From NCBI GenBank assembly GCA_023247055.1, contig JAHFHF010000007.1:2186-66185 (forward strand): a stretch of 64,000 bases of DNA, written 5' to 3'. The notes beneath the pieces were generated by a model. That model searched no databases, was not told where the DNA came from, and saw only the letters and a program-made list of their open reading frames with translations. Position 1 is the stretch's first letter; every line of letters begins with the position of its first letter. The DNA comes from Candidatus Omnitrophota bacterium. Lineage in GTDB: Bacteria; Omnitrophota; Omnitrophia; Omnitrophales; Aquincolibacteriaceae. This document shows, piece after piece, positions 39,301 through 42,405 of the stretch. Made by a program: the position numbers and the translations under genes.

Positions 39301-42201
39301 CGCATCATCGGCCTGGATCCTCTCAAAAACCCAGTCTCTCACGCTATCGAGAGTCCCGATAAAAGGGCCTTCTCTTTGCAACGACGTCTGCGGATTCAAA
39401 CGTTCCAGCAGAGTTTCGAGCAGGCGGACACGCATCCGCAAATAATCAGCCAGCGCCGGATTGTCCTCTTCAAAAAGATACGCATAATCCGCAAGCTCAT
39501 GCGTTTCTGCGATATAATCATGCACAAACTCGTCTTCATCTTCAGCTACTTCCAAACGCTGCTCGTCGTCTAAAAGAACCCGGTCGAATTTTTGAACGGC
39601 GGGAACTATTTTCCGGATTCTCTGAATCTGCTGTTCGTAGGTCAGCGCTTCCCATTCCTCACCCGTAACGCCGCCTATCTTCAGAAGACGCTCACTTAAT
39701 TTTGCAAACTTGTTTCGATTGTTCAAAACACGTTGAATCATACCCAGCTTATCCGCAAGTTCTCGATCCTGACGCTCGCTTGCGGGCAGCCGGATTAAAT
39801 AAACAGTTCCCATAATCGCCAACCCGCCAAACAAGGCTGACATAAGCCATAAAATGGGTTGACCTGCAATGGCTGCACCGGCCAAACCTGCAGTCATCAC
39901 CCAGGCCAGCACCGTGCCGGCATAAAACTCTCTTATTTTTTTCCGGTGCTCTCTGGCCTTTGCACTTAGTGCTTCTTCACTGGCATTCTGGCCGCGCATC
40001 TCGGATCGAGGCTCCGCCGAGTTCACAGAAGTGCCGGACCTCCGCGTCCGGCGCATCTCAGAACGCAAAGACATGCCCGTCACAACGGCGGCTTCATGCG
40101 CCGCTGCGCTGGATTTGTTGACAGCAGGTTTCCCGATAACGATCGCGTCAAACCCGTTTTCAGGAACGCGGCCGTAAAGACGCGTAGATTCCCAAAAGCT
40201 GCTCCAATAGCGCTCCGGCCTCTTCACTTGTTCACGCGCAATCAGTTCATCCAGCACAGTTCTGTCGTCCAGCCGGGTTAAAGGGCTCATCTCCGGCATG
40301 CGTTTGAACATTTTCTGCAAATCATCGCTCGCCATCGCCAGCACGTGATAGCTGTGATAGGGCTTGAGGATTTGCCGCAGTAAAGCCTGGCCTCTTCCAC
40401 GGATGGGCTCTGCTGTATCCGGAAATCGCGGATAGAACGCCGTGATCCGGATCAGCTTGGCCTCATCATAAACACGCGCGCTGATTTTCCGGTCTTGATT
40501 GAGTTGATGGCCGGACCTATCGAAAACATCCGCCAAAACTTCTGTGTACAGAAATTTATTTTCACTTTCAGACGACCCTGCCGCATAAACCGGAGTTCTT
40601 TGAATGCGGACCGTAAAACCTTCCAGCCCCGGCATGTCCTGCACTGTTTCGATCTGGGGTAAACTGCCTTTCGCCTCCATTCGCATTTCAGACATGGCGA
40701 GGGCCCGCGAACGCGCAGACGGTTCTTTAAGTTTTAGGGCTGCTTCGCGCGCCGAGCGCACAAGCGTCATGCCCGGCGGCAAGGTTTGCATGACTTCACC
40801 GAGAGTCCTGATTTCATGCGCGATTGATAAATCGCCCGCCTGTTGGAGTTCTACGACACTGATGGGGCGCGATAGACGCGGCAGCTTTCCAGCCTCGAAC
40901 GGATTGATGCCGCCGGCCATGATCTGGCGGTAATAGTCTTTGTGTTTCTTCTCAATTCTCGAGATGACCGGCGAAATGACCGCGTAACTGACTCCGGCTT
41001 CATTCAGCATTTCGCGGATACGGCCGGCATGAAAACCGCCGTAGACCAGCACCGCTGTTTTTTCATCCGCAGATTCTAAAAAATCCGCGAGAGCCAGTTT
41101 CACTTGGTCGTCCCGTTTAAGGGCTGTCTCATAAAACTCAAAAGCGCTGCGGATACTTTTTTCCCAGCGCCTAGAAAGTACCACGGTCCGGCGGCCATGG
41201 CGCGCCACAAATTCCGCGAGGGCCTGCATTCGCAGTCCGGCCAGTGTGGTTTTAATGTGCGCGTATTCTTCGGCCGTCATCTCGATCTTGTTCAGGCGCT
41301 TGAGCATCTGCAGGTCGTTGTAGAACTTGAAAAGATTGCGGCTGTCGTCTGTTTTCAAAAAATGAACCGCAAGGTCTTTTTCCAGCTGATCCATTTCTTG
41401 CCACAGGCTGCTTGCATTGTGCTTTTTAACTTCTTCAATCGCCGCGGCCTGTTTACTGTCGAGCGCGCGCAAAACCCCGGCCAACCCCGGGTAGCTGACG
41501 GCAAAAGCCGGCGCGCCCATGACGGGAATGGCTAGACGCGCGGTCTCGCGCGCATAAAACGCAAAGTCGGTACGCTGGTTTTCAAAATCTTGTTTGAGGC
41601 GCAGGAACTGCTGCAGGGGTTTGGGCAAAAGCTGCGGCACAAGGGTCTTGAGTTCTTTTTCGGCGCTGCGAAGTTCAGCGTCAATCATGGCCTGGACGGA
41701 TGCGGCTTGGCGGTACCAGGCCGCGCTTTCAAAATGTTCTCGGATATTGTCGGCGCCGATCAGATGGAAGTCTTTTTGACGGTTGATGTGCGCATATTCG
41801 GCCGCGCCGATTTTCAGCTTATCGAGCAGAAAATACGAAACACGCCGTTTGACTTGGGCATCTTGAATCGTTCCGAAAAGTTTATCGGTAGGCACAGGCC
41901 CTTCATAGCCTTCTTCAAAAACCGTGCGCACGCCGTGGTTTTCCACCAAATGCGTAATGAGAGCGGCAATGTTTTCCTGGGCCTCGAGCGAGTCGTGGGC
42001 ATCCTGGATGAAGAGGACGGTCTTGGCAGAAAGGCCGCGCTGAAAAGTTTCAACGGAGGCTAGGCGGGGCGGAATGGAAAACGGCGTTTCGATTTTAACC
42101 GGTGCTGCGCCCGCAGAGGCAGGCACACTGAGACACACACTTAAAAACAATGCTATAAGTTTAAAGAAAGCACGCAAAAAACGGCTGTTCGTTTTAAACA
42201 C
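18337..42201 (-). CDS. giant 7954-aa modular protein: signal peptide, TraB/ChaN-like N-domain, RSExR-delimited modules including SNF2 helicase, RNAP alpha-CTD, HTH-like, DHH-like and TM modules
   Basis: Uninterrupted 23.9-kb frame; N-terminal [18 protein letters not shown] signal; recognisable domain motifs in frame; 17 RSE[MVIL]R-type motifs. Confidence 0.9.
   Translation of the reverse strand: [7954 protein letters not shown]
22285..22313 (+). promoter_or_regulatory. sigma70-like promoter antisense inside the giant ORF
   Basis: TTGACT-N17-TATCCT preceded by an AT-rich tract; GGAG RBS before ATG 22346. Confidence 0.65.
22346..22555 (+). CDS. nested antisense two-TM small protein (69 aa, DUF6722-like by eye)
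   Basis: MENNSDLSAKWAFAAKSLMTFAQILTTGALATKLF..AIGVFLLIIVAILIYP; own promoter and RBS; resembles 35930-36127. Confidence 0.65.
   Translation: MENNSDLSAKWAFAAKSLMTFAQILTTGALATKLFSELPIPWRMAVAIGVFLLIIVAILIYPAGTKEPN
22557..22655 (+). CDS. nested antisense single-TM basic-tail peptide (32 aa)
   Basis: MEIPILLSVMAIGIYIWYLIDQHQMKKRKQSH; AAGGA upstream; paralog of the next ORF. Confidence 0.65.
   Translation: MEIPILLSVMAIGIYIWYLIDQHQMKKRKQSH
22662..22766 (+). CDS. nested antisense single-TM basic-tail peptide (34 aa)
   Basis: MYPEILIAVMVPFLGAFVWYLIDQNRMRKRKQPH; shares WYLIDQxxMxKRKQxH with 22557-22655. Confidence 0.65.
   Translation: MYPEILIAVMVPFLGAFVWYLIDQNRMRKRKQPH
27451..27640 (-). other. RNA polymerase alpha C-terminal-domain-like module within the giant protein
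   Basis: [51 protein letters not shown] matches the alpha-CTD pattern. Confidence 0.85.
30157..30247. repeat. GTCATTGCGAG-family palindromic element inside the giant ORF, read through in frame
   Basis: GTCATTGCGAG..CGAAGCAATCTC..CTCGCAATGAC; encodes [31 protein letters not shown]. Confidence 0.8.
32050..33600 (-). other. SNF2-family helicase/ATPase module within the giant protein
   Basis: [11 protein letters not shown] (I), DEIH (II), SGT (III), GEGHTL (V), [11 protein letters not shown] (VI). Confidence 0.9.
34565..34685. repeat. inverted heptamer-array element (GAAGTTG / CAACTTC) forming a whole RSEMR-bounded module
   Basis: GGAGTTA GAAGTTT GAAGTTG GAGGTTG GAAG ... ACTTCCA ACTTCCA ACGTCCA ACTTCCA ACTT between motifs at 34549 and 34687. 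Confidence 0.8.
35176..35221. repeat. half GTCATTGCGAG-family element inside the giant ORF
   Basis: GTCATTGCGAGG..GGCGAAGCAATC. Confidence 0.7.
35848..35876 (+). promoter_or_regulatory. sigma70-like promoter antisense inside the giant ORF
   Basis: TTGATT-N17-TATTAT with a strongly AT-rich upstream tract. Confidence 0.65.
35930..36127 (+). CDS. nested antisense two-TM small protein (65 aa, DUF6722-like by eye)
   Basis: MKDKTRRYETGKMLIDLSKYFATAIAAG..GLVLAFLSWAIGFV; promoter and AGGGA RBS upstream. Confidence 0.7.
   Translation: MKDKTRRYETGKMLIDLSKYFATAIAAGTIASGRFDWGVVITGLVLAFLSWAIGFVTIPEDKESK
36124..36246 (+). CDS. nested antisense single-TM peptide (40 aa)
   Basis: MSNFEVFAIGFVVFVSMVGLIVAINHRLSERQRPHPPHGT; ATGA overlap with the upstream gene and AAGGAG RBS. 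Confidence 0.65.
   Translation: MSNFEVFAIGFVVFVSMVGLIVAINHRLSERQRPHPPHGT
37271..37420 (+). pseudogene. nested antisense two-TM protein, probably 5'-truncated
   Basis: ..CLILAVAAAIGGVWNKIPTNQLKISFIMVVIALFILGIILADKLDNKGR*; same architecture as the other two; no good promoter or RBS for the ORF-track GTG at 37193. Confidence 0.5.
37425..37517 (+). CDS. nested antisense single-TM basic-tail peptide (30 aa)
   Basis: MFGLVTIFLLFSTVALWIALERYFLNRRKH; AAGGA RBS. Confidence 0.6.
   Translation: MFGLVTIFLLFSTVALWIALERYFLNRRKH
38209..38237 (+). promoter_or_regulatory. sigma70-like promoter of the nested TA operon
   Basis: TTGACC-N17-TAGTCT; AAGGGAG RBS before ATG 38259. Confidence 0.55.
38259..38513 (+). 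CDS. nested antisense putative antitoxin (84 aa)
   Basis: Strong RBS; small helical basic protein whose stop overlaps the start of a PIN-toxin reading frame. Confidence 0.65.
   Translation: MQKVAVTLLPKQAEILIEQLVQNLDFEAKYRLVQKLQREMRRARWEPLVLKMRRRFASKPLSSRQIRRLCEQVRQERFERAGRR
38497..38580 (+). pseudogene. N-terminal fragment of a PIN-domain (VapC-like) toxin, truncated at the RSEVR motif
   Basis: GTG-RVVVDTNVFIAALL is the canonical PIN N-terminus; PIN-like sequence stops at ~38575, next to the motif at 38581. Confidence 0.7.
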
Positions 42202-42372
42202 GAAACGGGTGTCCTTTCTCTTCGCTCAGGGGGGATGTTGCAGAAGTTTACACGGCAATAAGCTAAAGCGCAAAAGACGCTAAAAGTGCATGATGGCAGA
42301 ATCCTTCTGTTGCGGTGCAGTGCTAAGAAATGTTAGAAATTGCTAAGGAAGAAATTTTGCTGTTTTGAGCGC

Positions 42373-42402
42373 TGTAGTGGCAATTCACGAATTGCCCCTA
42401 CA
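42373..42402. repeat. GTAG-type REP palindrome
   Basis: TGTAGTGGCAATTCACGAATTGCCCCTACA near-perfect inverted repeat. Confidence 0.75.
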
Positions 42403-42405
42403 AGA

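Noticed and set aside
18337-42201. Classical integron or intein explanation for the modules
   Set aside because: No integrase, no attC-like long palindromes at the junctions, and no intein C/S..HN-C/S/T splice motifs at the motif positions.
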